Below are positions 1 through 13,954 of a stretch of DNA of 64,000 nt, piece by piece (within the stretch, counting starts at the first letter, position 1; every line of letters begins with the position of its first letter). A program made the translations under genes and the position numbers. This DNA comes from Antedon mediterranea (Eukaryota; Animalia; Echinodermata): positions 332,101 through 396,100 of the forward strand of contig NC_092677.1 in assembly GCF_964355755.1 (NCBI RefSeq). Reading direction: 5' to 3'. The notes under the pieces were generated by a model that was not told where the DNA came from, made no database searches, and saw only the letters and a list, made by a program, of their open reading frames with translations.

Positions 1-516
1 GCAACTAACCAGCATTGGAGGGCTTCTTAGGAGTGTTAAACCAGGGACCCCAGATGAACAACCCAATGCAACTACCCAGCATTGGAGGGCTTCTTAGGAG
101 TGTTAAACCAGGGACCCCAGATGAACAACCCAATGCAACTACCCAGCATTGGAGGGCTTCTTAGGAGTGTTAAACCAGGACCCCAGATGAACAACCCAAT
201 GCAACTACCCAGCATTGGAGGGCTTCTTAGGAGTGTTAAACCAGGGACCCCAGATGAACAACCCAATGCAACTACCCAGCATTGGAGGGCTTCTTAGGAG
301 TGTTAAACCAGGGACCCCAGATGAACAACCCAATGCAACTACCCAGCATTGGAGGGCTTCTTAGGAGTGTTAAACCAGGACCCCAGATGAACAACCCAAT
401 GCAACTACCCAGCATTGGAGGGCTTCTTAGGAGTGTTAAACCAGGGGCCCAGAGCATGAACAACCCAATGCAACTACCCAGCATTGGAGGGCTTCTTAGG
501 AGTGTTAAACCAGGGG
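1..516. repeat. Minisatellite, 66-69 bp unit, about 7.7 copies, in an intron of the SUSD2/Mesh-like gene
   Basis: Unit GCAACTACCCAGCATTGGAGGGCTTCTTAGGAGTGTTAAACCAGGGACCCCAGATGAACAACCCAAT starts at 1, 68, 135, 201, 268, 335, 401 and 470. It may continue left of the window. Confidence 0.97.
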
Positions 517-645
517 CATTTGCCGCCTGCATTACACCACTGATAAACTTGAGAAAGTGAGTGAGAAATCTAAATTCTTGCATCCCCATAAATGTATATT
601 GCTTTCTATTTGTAATTCAATTCAGTAGATGTAATATGTAATTAC

Positions 646-3600
646 CTTGGAACAATATTCTCTACACAATGTACAATGGTCGATCTCTGGTAACAATAAA
701 ATTCATCGCTCTCCAAGTTACACTCTGGCGTAGGTCTAAAGCGCCCTCTGTCAGCTAATGCTTGACTGAGGTTACATGGGCAGGGTTCAAGCTCTAGGAC
801 GTACTCATCCTCGTTGACCTCTTGTTCGTACCATTCCTCGCAACGCATGGTTGCCCACAGTTCTTGGTCGTTTTGATACCAATCGTACAGCATGTAGCCT
901 AGTGGATGAATGTCACTCCAAAGGGCAAAGTCATCTCTGAAATGAAAACAAGTTTAAGTGCAGGTAAATGGGAAAGAAATAGTAAGAGTGAACATTAGCA
1001 TGTAATGAGTATTTAATACAACATATCGTAGGTGTCCCTTGAACTTCTTTAAGGTTTTAATTGATATTCTGTTTTATAACCAGCAACCAATTTTGTTTTT
1101 ATACCTGTTTGTGAAACACAATAAAGATAACTTGAACTTAATTAATAATAAGTATTATTCAAGTAATTTAAATACAAAGAAATTTATTGCACAATAAGAA
1201 AATGCAAAGTAAAGAATGTTTCTGCTTACTTTTTCCACCTTCTAGTGACACGAAGCGCGCCAACTGCATTGTGTTCTAGGATTTCCCAAGTCGGTCTGGG
1301 AGTCCACGTAAAGTGTCCGGTATTTGGAGCATCGTAGGTGATTTCTTCCGCCCATTCCCATTTTGGAATACCATCCACCTCAGAGTAAGCCATAAGATCA
1401 ACTCTTATCTCTGTATAATTAATTCTTAAAGGATCCCATTCAATGGTGACCTCACGATGTGCAACCTGCCACGATTCACTGTCAGGATTTACTCGCCACA
1501 CTCCGTAAGGTACAGCACCAATCTCAACTTTAAGCAACAAAGTGACAATAGGTCCAAGTGTGTGAGTTATAATGTTATAAAGGGTTATGTACAACACAGT
1601 ATCACTACTAGAATACATTTCTTATAATTTACAATCACATATAAAGCGGACTTAGCATTTACTATTGCACATTTAGCCATGAAATAACTCCATGATTTAG
1701 CCTAGACTGGTCTACTAGAAAGTACACCAGTCCTTGTCTTTTAAGGCGAGCGAGTGCGATCGCTCACCTAACTGCCCTTGAGGAGTGCAATTTACAACAT
1801 GCTTAAATTTGGTAAACTTCTACACACAAAAATACAATCAGCACACCTACACTACAGCACCCCTGAATGTATTGAGGAGTGCAATTTGTAGCACACCTTT
1901 AATTTTCAAAAGACAAGCAAGGCCTGGTACACATACCTATATCAAACTTGCCAACATAAGCAAAACTGGCCCTGTCATTGATTGACACAGCGATATCAAT
2001 GCGACCTGTCTGAAAGAATGAGGGCACTATACACCAGGCTTTGTTCTGAGTGAGGTAAGTGCAATTGGAGAACTCTATTGGGTTGTTTTCTGTGCCAAAA
2101 CGAACCCAGATATCATCTTCACTATCAAAGCAAGGACCGGTCACAAATAGGTCGTCATGTCCCATCATCGAGGTGTACGTTGGAAACGTTCTCACAGTTC
2201 CTAAATTAAAAAAATTCATAAACTCACATATGAATTGAAGACAACAATTACAAGCTCAGTCCAAGTCTAAATTTAAAAAATAACTTCAGTAACCAAGTAA
2301 ACGGACTGTTTTTGCTTATCCCTTTTGATATTTAAGTGAAGTAAAATAAGTGAAATATTGAGTTGGTACCACATTTTCCCCCTTTATAGCACCCTCTATG
2401 GTTTGATGTATTAGTATATCGCCCTCTATAGTTTCATAGGACTTATATTTCTTATTTGTATTTAGAGGTCTGAAGCCCTGCAGCATACATTACCTGAAGG
2501 TTTACATCCTCCATCTTCAATTTCAGTCTCACTAATATGGTACAGCCACAGGCCAGGCTCGTCTACATTGCTCTCAGTTACCCATCGGAGGATGTTACTC
2601 GTTCTGGAGTATGGTAACGGCGTTGAACGATCTCCATCTCCATAATTAAACCCAGCCTAGAAGAAAATGTATTCTCTCACATAATCCTAGTGATACTATC
2701 TCACCCACCTGACCACCATAGTAACCGATTCACTCGGATTTAGAATAAATGGGTTTCTTTTCTGGGAGATTCTGCACCATGAATGACATGTGGTCTTTAG
2801 TCTATACTGACGTCATACCGATCGAAAGTTTTATGTCCGTGCATGGCGCTGTTTTATTACGCCCCGCCCCTTATGTACCCCAATGAGGTATTTCAGCAGT
2901 TTACTTATATTAGACGGAGGTAAATAAGCCTTCTGAATGCCCCCTCTGTTACAGTATATATATAGTATTAAATACTAAAATCAAATGATATCAAATCAAA
3001 TCATGAAGGCTAAGTAACGTACTTGAGCTGCGGTACCGCCTCTACCGGTATCCGGGCTTCCTTCACTCTCAACTCCAGCAACCCAATCGATTCGTTTATA
3101 ATTAAACATAGAAAAAGTCTCAAATTCATCTGTACCAACAATCAATTGAAACGTGTTACGCTGAAATTTAAAAATATATGTTTTTAAAAGAGTGGTACAA
3201 AAAATGATGAGATCCATTTAATATACACAATTTTATAGTGACGACCAAATACCGTCCATGTAGTTTATAATAATGCCCCCGAAAACATGAAGACACATAA
3301 TTTAAACGGTTAGCAAACATACAATGTGCAGCAGCTTCCGGTTTACTTTTTTCTTTAAATTACAGTTGTCTCATGTACCCTTTTTTCAGATCCAATTTGT
3401 GTTTGACAAAGTAAACTGTTAATATGCACAAAAATGGCATATTAAAATTTTTTTTTAACGAAGCCATTACATTAGGCATACTACTCAAGCCTATACTTTC
3501 AGTAGGGCCTCCTACGGTCTTTTGTTTCCCTTAAAGTGTTGGTTGAGAGAAATAAAGAGTAACTGTAACCTTTGGACTTGTGTTTAAATATTCGAAAACG

Positions 3601-5492
3601 AATGCATGGCGGCTCGTTATAATTAAAATACATATGAACCACTTCAGAACAAACAAATGCGTCATTGGCCAACTCTGCATATATTTGTGTACATGCTTTA
3701 TTTTTATTTATGAGATCTGTGTATGTTATGATATCAGATCACGAAACAGATATTTACTTACGAGAATGAATAATCGTGGTTAAAAATGTTGTTTATATAA
3801 AACAAAAATTGGTATTTATATTAAACAAAATAAACAATAAATTACCGGGTTATTGTTTCCACTTTCACCATAAAACCCAACATCAAGCCATGTTGCAATA
3901 ATTAAAAACTTTGCTTCAAAATCCATGTAATCCACAAAGAAATCGTGAATTTCTTCATTAAATCGCTGAAGTTGGTCTTCGTCAGTCTCCATTCTGTAGT
4001 AGACGTAGCCTCGATTTGATATGTCCACATTTGCCCAAAACGGTGCAATCATAATACGCTGACTTACGGGCTAATAAACATAAAATAATAAAAAAAAAAA
4101 CAAAAAAAAAAAACGAGACTATACAAGCATTGGTTTAAGCTTGGTTCGCAAGACGGATCGCAAGGGAAAAAAGGGCAACGTAAGTATTGACCAATCAGAA
4201 GCGGTGGATTATTCGTCGCTCAGTCATTGGTCAACTTGCTTGCGTTGCGCGTACGTCCTTGCGTTACGCGTCTGTAGCGAGGCTTTTGATGGATGGGAAA
4301 TCAACCAAGCACTATACAGTTGTATTAACAATTCACCATCACAATCGTCTGAATCTTAAGTATGTACTTACCGCTCCGAATTGATCCAGAACTGGACCAA
4401 CGGGCATGGGTGGTTGAATATCATCGTACACGTTCACTGGGTCCACAAACGAAAGTACTCCATTTTCATTTACCTTCAAGAAAAAATAAGATTTCTGGCG
4501 TTGAATTTCACCAAATTCCCTGCCAATCATTTATAAACTGTCAGTGATCCGAATTACGTCGACGTGATTCCTGCAGCAAATAAACGTAACCCAGCGCAGC
4601 GCATAACTCTAAACTCAACGTTGACACGACGAATACATGACACTCATTCTTTTTATTTATTCGTCGTTTAAATATTAATTATTGTATTGCTTACGTAAGA
4701 TTTCCAGTATTTCTTGTTGTTGAATGGAAGTCCATATTTGTGTTCTAGTGGTTTAGAATAATCATCGTTGGTTTGTTGCAGAAAATTGTCTCTATTATCC
4801 AACCCGTAAGGATACAGATCTGAAATAAATAAAAGGATCACATTATAATGTATATTGTCTTTTCTAAGGGCAGTCAAAACCTTTAAGGTTATAGCAACTT
4901 GTTCCTCTGTTTGCCTGCCCTCCTCCTGTATTTTTATTCATTTATATATGCATTTATTTATAATTGGAGGAAATTATTATTGTATTATTATTATTATCAA
5001 AATTCAATATCAAAGGACTCGTCAACTAAGGCCTAAATTTAAGAAATATAAAGCAAGTGTTAAATGTTATATTATCGAATATATTATATAAACTTATGTT
5101 TATTATTGATGACAATGCGAAGAATCAATGGCCGTATTCACCATTCACACTTAGGCTAAGGGAAACACTACCCTTAAAATAAAAAAAGAAATCTTCTATC
5201 TAAATGAATACATTTAAGGGAAATACCTAAATAGTTATTGAGTTAAGTGAAATACGGGAAATATGCAGTTAAGTGTGATTGTGAATACGGCTAACAGATG
5301 ACTTAGTAAGGACTAAAATGTTAGTCATGACCACACCCGTGATACCATTTTGTAAAAGCCTGTTTTAAAAGAACACTATCTTCAATTGTATAGATCCTAA
5401 AAAAACACATATAACTCACCAAAAGAAGAAGCGATAGAGATTAATACAAATAAAGAAGTTGCCCGTAAAAGCAGTCGGTTTAACTCCATCAT
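646..5492 (-). CDS. SUSD2/Mesh-like secreted or membrane protein (signal peptide, NIDO, IPT/TIG, AMOP); 5' part only, continues beyond the left edge
   Basis: Phase-consistent GT-AG exons: 5420-5492 (MMELNRLLLRATSLFVLISIASSF, signal peptide), 4695-4819 (DLYPYG), 4372-4473 (VNENGVLSF), 3846-4070 (IAPFWANVD...IIATW), 3023-3160 (RNTFQLIV...FNY), 2494-2656 (AGFNYGDG...SNVDEPGLW), 1937-2200 (MMGHDDLFVTGPCF...CIVP, IPT), 1230-1527 and 646-936 (CEEWY...PCPCNLSQALADRGRF, AMOP). This domain order matches the SUSD2/Mesh family. Confidence 0.88.
5129..5291. mobile_element. Small MITE-like element with terminal inverted repeats
   Basis: GGCCGTATTCACCATTCACACTT at the left end and AAGTGTGATTGTGAATACGGC at the right end form an imperfect TIR pair. 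Confidence 0.55.
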
Positions 5493-6597
5493 AACAGTTA
5501 AATTACAAATCGTAAAATGGAGGCACAGATTACCAGTTCCCGCCTAGGACGACGAGATGTCGCTAATATAACGCCTGTTGTGATGATAAGAGTAGGACTT
5601 TGTACTCATCATAGTTTGAAAAACAATTTAAAATCAAACTGTAATCAAGAGATACCAATCATAATGTAAACATTACTCATATTATACCGTGAGTAGGCCT
5701 TATACACAAATATACATCACGTTTTTAGCTTTCTATTTATCCTGGGGTGCCACATTTTGGGAGGCATATTAGAAATTAAAAATGGATATGAGGATACCAT
5801 TGCCCTTTTACGCTTTCATAGAAGCCATGATACAATTATTCCTCTTTGAATTGTCTTATGTTCTTATCAAGATACATATAGGCCTATATGATAAAATTCA
5901 TATTTTTTCTTTATATAATGACTCGACAGGAAACAATATGTACGTTTCTATCCCAGCATTGTTTTAGATTGAATTCCGTCGGTATGTATGTTTTTTGTTT
6001 GTTTTCCGATACTACATCTATTATGTAAATGCAATCATGCTAATGTGCATGTAAATTGAAAAAATAATCGTTATCATCTTCATGGCAGATTCTGCAGGGC
6101 CCGGTTGATATATAAAATATAAAGAAAGACATTATAATTACTGAGAACAAATATGAACAAATCTTCATTTATTGACTTTAATCGAAATTCTCAATTAAAA
6201 CAAAATATTATGTAGGCTATTATTATCTGTATACAAAAATTACTAATGGTATGCAATAAAAGAGAAACAAAACCATTTAAACCAAAACTTAAAAATCAAT
6301 AAGACAAAACAGTAATAAATACTGTAAAATAGATAGTAGGTAGACAAATTTGAATAGGTACCAGTAAGTAACGATCTAAATGAATATAGTTTACGCCGAC
6401 CAGATAAATGCCACACTTCAGAAAAAGAATACAAAATCCTTTTTCGTCATCTTGTTGATCATTACAAAATTATCAACAGCGACCTCTATGAATACAATTA
6501 AAAGCGCATGGGCACCGCATCGTTTGTGATCAAAGAACATGCACGTGTTGGATTCTGTTTTTAATTCTAAAATATTGTAGTCAATAATAATAATAAT

Positions 6598-9539
6598 ATG
6601 GGCAGACCAGGTATGTATAAATTAATTATTGTAACGATTATTAGAAACGTCAACTTCCTTATTATTTTAATTAAGTTATTTTTGCTGGCGGATTGCTTGA
6701 TAAAGAGTAATTAGTATGACAATTATTAGTATTGGGCCATCCAAAACTTAGGCCTAGCTAGCCTACACCGTGACCACCATGCCACGCGACGATGTACACT
6801 TGAGGTGAAAGAATGTGTAAACACGCGTGGTGGTGGATTCGGTGAAGTTGTCTGGGCCTAACCATTCCTTTTTACCAACTACTTTTGGGTAGTGTCTGTC
6901 ATTAATATGTAATATTTTAATCCATGTTTGCTTTTTCTCTACTACTAAGCTAAAAAATCTTATTCATGTTTTAATTTTTGTATCAAATGCATCATGTTTT
7001 CTTTCAGGCATAATTTTATGACTAGTCTAGCACACTACAAAGAAAGTCACAGTAAAACATCAACAAAAAGACAAAGAAGACCTTTATCTTTCGAAATGTG
7101 TACATATTTATTATTATTATTTTCAGGATTTGGCTTTTCTCCACGTGGCCGTGGTAGCGACAGAGGAGGACGAGGTGGTAGAGGCGGACGAGGAGGTGGT
7201 TTTGGTAGTAGAGGTGGCGGCTTTGGAGGGAGAGGAGGAGGTAGAGGTGGCCGTGGTGGTAAGTTACAGCTTAACCATTTGTTTTAATGTATTTATATTT
7301 TGTTTTGTATTCAGACTTTAGGCTGCCTTCAGTTCTGTACATTTCTTTTATTTTTCAATAATAAATATCTCAAGAATAAATTTAATATTATGATTATTAA
7401 TCATCATGTTTTGTATTTGTAGGTTTTAGTCCCGGAGGAAGAGGTCGTGGTGGTGGACGTGGAAGAGGAGGAGGTTTGTAACTAGTTTGTTCTTTGGCAG
7501 CAATCAAGCAGTGTTTTTATAAATTATTATTATTATATTAAAAATTTAATTTATTGTTGCAAAAATTTTGGAATTTAAAAACAAAAATACTAATAACTAT
7601 ACAATATTTGGTTTGTTGAAACATACTTCATGTTATTTTTTTTTTTCTATTTGATTACAGGTCGTGGAGGCAGAGGTGGATTTGGAGCTGGTAGATCTGT
7701 GTCAATTGAGCCTCACAGAATTCAGGGTAAGCAACCCAAATAAATAATATAGATAAATTTGCAGTTTCCAAAAATATACAGAAAATTAAACTTGTTGGTA
7801 AAACCAAGTTCAAACTTCATTATTTTTGTTTGTTTTTCTTTTGTAGGCGTGTTTATTGCACGTGGCAAAGAAGATGCCTTAGTTACGCGTAACATGGTGA
7901 TAGGAGAGTCTGTGTATGGGGAAAAAAGAATTGCAGTAGAGGTAACACTTGATGCTTTTTATTCAATTGTACGACTTATTCATTCATAGTGTTTGATTTG
8001 ATATTGAACAATATCTGATTCTGTTGTTACTTTGTAATTATTTCACTATTATCATCTTCTTTTAAAGTAATTCTTGTTTTTTATTGATATGAATAACTTC
8101 TTATTACCTTATTTGTTTTTAAGGGTTTCGGTTAAAAGCTTTGCTTATTTGGAGTTCCTTTTTCCATAACTTTTTGATGACAGTTTTACATATCCTTAGT
8201 TTTATGGAATAGATTGATTTTTATTGATTATTTCTTTGTGCTTTCAGCAACCTGGTGAAGAGGGTAAAATCGAGTACAGAGCATGGAATCCGTTTAGATC
8301 TAAGTTAGCAGCAGCTATTCTTGGTGGTATTGATAAAATCCACATAAAGCCTGGTAGTAAAGTTCTCTACCTTGGTGCTGCTTCCGGTACCACTGTCTCC
8401 CATGTTTCAGATATTGTGGGACCAGTAAGTCAACTTCTTTTAATTATGGTGGTGTGTTAATACTAAGTGTAGGCTTGTCTTTGAGGCTTGGGTTTAAAAA
8501 ACATGGTTTTAGTTAAAGTGTAGCAAAATATCAAGTAAAATGAGATAAGATTTTAAATTAAGACATTGTAACAAACTTCACAATAATATTTGTTCTTTTT
8601 TAGAGTGGTCTTGTGTATGCTGTTGAATTTTCGCACAGATCTGGCAGAGATTTAATAAACGTAGCAAAGAAACGAACGAATGTGATACCAATCATAGAGG
8701 ACGCCAGACACCCACATAAATACAGAATGCTAGTAGGTAAGTACAAGAACTTAGATTGTTGGTGTAAAACACTGTAAAACAAAATAAATGGTGTATGGTG
8801 TTTATATATATATATATATAGAAACACTGTCTAACAAAACATATAATGTGTTGTTTTACTTTTTTTTAATTGATTCCTAATTGCTCCAATATTTCTGAAA
8901 TTTTTCTTAAAGGAATGGTTGATACCGTATTTGCTGATGTTGCTCAACCGGACCAAGCTAGAATTGTTGCAATTAATTCACATCATTTCCTAAAAAATGA
9001 GGGAAATTTTGTAATTTCAATTAAGGTATTTATTTTTATTATTTATTTATTCAATCTGGCATACACAATAAAAAGAAGAGAAAACAAGTATAAAAGGCAA
9101 GGAAAGACCAAACAGGTGCTAAACACCTATGCCAGTTGGTCTACCCAGAACAGAGCACAGAAAGAAAAAAAAACACAATTATCTTTGCAAGGAAACACTA
9201 ATCGCACAGTATTCCATGTGCCATCCCTGTAATTGCTTCACATGACTAAATGTTATACTGTAATTATTTTCTACAGGCAAATTGTATTGACAGCACAGCA
9301 CAACCTGAAGCAGTGTTTGCTGAGGAGGTTAAAAAACTCCAAGCAGAACGACTAAAACCGCAAGAACAATTGACCCTTGAACCCTACGAAAGAGATCATG
9401 CTGTAGTAGTTGGCACATACAGGTAATTTTAATTAATTCATTTTAATTTTTTCATTAATTTATAATTTTTTTATAATGTGATTTTTTTTTTTATATTTGA
9501 TATTTTTTATCTTTCAGACCACCTCCAAAAAAGAAGTGA
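6598..9539 (+). CDS. FBL: Fibrillarin, rRNA 2'-O-methyltransferase of box C/D snoRNPs (10 coding exons)
   Basis: Exons 6598-6610, 7127-7258, 7423-7473, 7661-7726, 7847-7941, 8248-8424, 8604-8736, 8913-9025, 9277-9422 and 9518-9539. An RGG/GAR N-terminus is followed by [82 protein letters not shown] and [26 protein letters not shown]. Confidence 0.98.
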
Positions 9540-10595
9540 GAAGACTTAATGTTTATTTTCTTTTAATAAGGAAATTCTAAAAAATACATTTTGAAATGCT
9601 TAATTCCTTCATTTATTTTCATCTATAAAATATATTTGTTGATGATTATTTTCGTTAGTACTCTAACAACATTAGACATTGTGCCAGTTTAATCTAAATA
9701 AAGTAAAAATAAAGTTAGAGTTGAAAATACATAGTACAGTATAAAGACATGTAGTCATTGTATTGTGTAACATTCCATGATAGAATCCATGTCAAAATAT
9801 GTCATATGCTATAAATATTAGAGAATAATAAATAAGTGTATTTTAAGATAATAATTAAAAAAGAAACCAACAATTGGGAGTTTGAAGAAGAATAGTAGAA
9901 AAGTATGTTTAAACATTATTTGTGTAAACGTATCGGTTCTATACTTACACCGGTCTACACTTTATTGAACAAGTTTGAGAATATCAACTATTTTGTATAT
10001 ACTGTACCATGGTTGTAAAGCAATGATTGCTTTTATCTTTTCCCCTCTGATTCCTGCCTAAGTATTAGTAGCACTTAATTAAGTAAACTAGCACATAACT
10101 TGTTAAGACGTAAGCATTTTAAAGCAAGTGACTTTGTTGATCCAATGCCGGTGATCATGTCCTCGACATTGAATCAATCATGTTGTCATTAAATGAGATT
10201 TTATGAAATAAATGTTTTTTGATAAATGATAGTACAGTAGTTTCAGCAATTATTATTAGAAGAACTTTAATCTTCATCATAGTCAAGGGAAAGTAAACTT
10301 TCTATTGACTATGTCTTCATATAGTACAGATGTGGGCCTCCTACTACACAAATAGTAAATAATCAAATACACCAACAATTGTTTCACCTGATAAATATAA
10401 TAACAAAACTTAAGATACACCAGTACAGGGATTTTTTCTCCTCGGAAAATGGCACAGAAACCAAGATTGACAAAAATACACGAGGAGTTTATTTTTGCCG
10501 GGAAATTCTGCCGAAGCAAATCTCTGGTCATGTGATTAAATCCTTGACGAGAGCCCTCTCTCGGCTGCTCTATGTAAAAATAACTACTCGATCGC

Positions 10596-10953
10596 TGATT
10601 GGTTGAAATACCTAATTACTAGGCGGAGCTATTTTTATTAACAAAGACGCCGATAATTGATTGACACTGTTATGGCAACGCGAATACCATCGCGTCATCA
10701 GCGAGAGCTCTTCCATGGGAAGTAATTTGCATATATTCGAATAAAGAACAACGCGAACTCTGGCCGCCATTTTGTGCTCTCCGAAGTTCATGAACCTGGT
10801 CCATCGAATTTATTACGTAGTGGATAATTAACTCGTTGTTTTCTAAATATATTTCCGTTTGAAATATGTAAGTTGTGAACAATGATATTTATTTTGACGA
10901 ATTTTAATGTAATTGTCTTTCTCGTTTTGGATATATCAGCAAGTTTTTAAACT
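10596..10953 (+). promoter_or_regulatory. Probable DYRK1 promoter and first non-coding exon
   Basis: CpG-rich island in an AT-rich background with an inverted CCAAT (CTGATTGG, ~10596), GC box AGGCGGAGC (10621), YY1 consensus GCCGCCATTTTG (10763-10774) and a strong donor GTAAGT at 10954. Linking it to DYRK1 is inference. Confidence 0.55.
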
Positions 10954-12860
10954 GTAAGTGAACAATTTCAAGATTCATTTCGCGCGCCAATTGTGTTGTG
11001 ATTATCTGAATGACCCGACATTAAAACACGTGCGATTTTGGATATTAAAACTTAAACAGTTTACAGAAGGGAATTTATAAATATCATGGAATTATAATAT
11101 ATATGTCAAACAACGTTAGGTGAGTTATTTTTTATTATTTCTCGTGTTTATGATTTATTTTTACAGCAGAGGGCGCCCGTAATTTGTTGTTTTGATCTTC
11201 ACACAACACAAGTTGAACGAATTGAATGGCTTCAGTTTAGCTAAACACGTTTTTGTTTATACATTTTATTTTCATACCTTAATAATTTATTTTAATATGT
11301 GTAACTTGATGTTCTTTAGATTAAACGTTAGGTATTCTTGCTCGTGTATCATTGATATTTCCTAGCCTCATGTTATTAGCCTATCTTAACGACGAGAAGC
11401 AAGCCAGTCATCATGAATACGACATGAGATTGAGCCGAGCGAGTGTGTAATAATTAACACTGAAGTGACTAGGGCTGTATCAGGAAGAGTGTTATTAGGT
11501 CGGCCTAGTTTAGACACTTGGCCTAGACTCTACTTTTCAGCATAAAGCCATATGAATTTTACTAGGGGCCTAGGTGTTTTGGAAGTTGATTGGAACTTGC
11601 AGAGTTTCTTAAAAAATGATATAATTTTTAGGGATATAAAATGTCAGTAGTTTTGTTACGTGTCGCGTAAGGTAGCCGTCCGGCGCACAATCACATGAGT
11701 GCGCAAAATGATTGTCCGACATGACAGACAGCAGTAGTGTTTTACTGGGGTTTTCTTGTAATTTATTTGGCATAATCATCATTTTGTGTAGTTTGTATAT
11801 TTTTCCATTAGGCCGCTGGAAATACATTACAATTACATGGTTCTCGTCACCGCCCGCTCGCGATTTTAGGCCCCGCACCAAAAAAGTTCATCTTTCATCT
11901 TTGTGTATTTGTTAAGAAAAAACAGGGGTAAATATGGGAAAAGTACAAATTTTGTTATATTTTCTTTCATAAAAATCCGACTCGCCTCCCGTCGATCGTG
12001 AACGCTCAAACCATTGTGTGATCGCACGATTTCGCAACATAAAGTGTGTATATGAATCGTCGCGGACCGACATCAATCCGTATTTTGAGCCTATTCTTGT
12101 CTGGGGGCGCGCGGTGAGCGTGTGTTTGTCGTATCCACACGCGATATCCATACCTTAGTATCATCAGAACGAGGTCTACCGCGTTTTTTTGGACTGCTGC
12201 TCATCATACATTTCGCGATCGATCGTCGTGCCTAGCTACCTCTCTGCCTACGGCATTATTGCATTCAAGGTTTATTTCACTTAATTAAAATACTGTGATG
12301 AAAGATGAACGTTGACAAAAATCCCTCACCAATTTTTTGATAAGTGCTGACGAGAACCATGTACATGTAATGTATTTCCAGCGGCCTTATTTACAGTATC
12401 TCCATTTCCGTACATAATCAAGCTTAAATTTCGTTGTAAGGCCAAAAATGTACTGAAAATTACTTTATACTGTAAACCTTCAAAATTCTGTTACCTGTAT
12501 GTGATTGATTGTGACCCACTCTCTTTTACATTGAAGAGACCTTTATTGTAAATCTGCAACAGCACCACCGGGTGTCACGAAACCTAAGACCACGAAAGCT
12601 AAGACCCCCTAAGACCTAAGATCACGAAAGCTAAGACCCAAGACCTAAGATTACAAATTCTAAGATATACTACAGCTTAAAAACAATACTTGTTTATCCA
12701 TACATAATTTTAAACATAGTAGGTTTCATTTATTACCATAAATATAATTAAATACTACCGCAAAACATAGATGAACTCACGTTATATTCGCCCGTTGAGT
12801 AAATGTATATTTTTTCTTTACAACAAACAAACTTGACGGGTTGTTTGTTGGTATATATTT

Positions 12861-13924
12861 CAGGGCTGAAAATTAACCTTTAAACCATAGTGGCCAGCAG
12901 GGCCAGTTGAAGTTGAAGGATGGTCGCCCTTATTAAAAATGGCTGGCCCTTATTAATTTTTTGTAAATTTTTTTTTTTAGCCTAAGGGGGGGGGGGAATT
13001 TATCCCCACCCCTCTCAATTATATCATTTATTACTTTTGATTGGGTTTCAGGAGCCTGCCTGGAGAATCCTGACCAACATGTCTTTAGCCTAGGCCTAGC
13101 TTTTCTAGCCTAGCTTGTTGGTCTAGAAATCAGACAAAAAACTACCTGTATTTCATAAATTATACAATTCTACTAACATGCAATAGCCATTAAAATATTG
13201 ATAATAAGTTACAAAGTATCATTTTAAAATAATTAAGAAAGATATTTAATCGTGTTTACATGTGTCACACCATGGAGGTATACCTCCATGGTCACACATG
13301 CACGCACAATTGGGGAGAGCTCAGAGCTACCTGAGAGAGCTTCTAGAAGATGATGACGTCACACGTCAGCACGATTTGAGTGACCAAAATTGGTTGGAAC
13401 TTTTGAAGAAATAATCCATCAATGACAACTAAGCTTTTTAAATAATAAACATTATATTTAGGCCTCCTATTAATGTTTCCTTTTAAAATTAAATATATTT
13501 TATAAACTCGTTCCATAAAAACATGCAGTAAGCATAACAGAAACAATTATTGGTTGCTGTAAAGGAGGTATTTCTATGACACCGTACTGGATGCACTATG
13601 AGGCGATGAAGTAAACTCGCCCTTGAATGCAGGCAGGGGAATCCCCTTGTTTGGTACCTAACCTCGCACTGTGAGATGGAGCGCGATTAATATTGCTCTC
13701 CTTGAAGGTTGTTGATCGCGCTGGCGATCCTTAAAAACGAGGGACTGCTTGTAGCTTATAACTTAGCTTATATATTATTAGCCTAGGCCTAGATTAGTTA
13801 TAAAAGGTAGGTGGATGCAATTTCTGGAAGTCGCCAGACGGGTCGACCATCACACAATTAATACTCGCCCTTACCAAATAAAGGTCGCCATTGGCGACCG
13901 GGCGACCGTTAATTTTCAGCCCTG
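12861..13924. mobile_element. hAT-like non-autonomous element nested inside the 12570-14659 element
   Basis: Perfect 17-bp TIR CAGGGCTGAAAATTAAC / GTTAATTTTCAGCCCTG. ATATTT occurs on both flanks. GGCGACC/GGTCGCC subterminal motifs are present. Confidence 0.8.
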
Positions 13925-13954
13925 ATATTTACTCCAATTGTGTTGGTTCAGAGG

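Noticed and set aside
72-589. Repetitive ORFs on both strands
   Set aside because: They are translations of the 67-bp minisatellite, frameshift between units, and lie in an intron.
7942-8247. Intronic box C/D snoRNA in fibrillarin
   Set aside because: A TGATGA is present near 8175, but I found no downstream CTGA D box or terminal stem in the intron.
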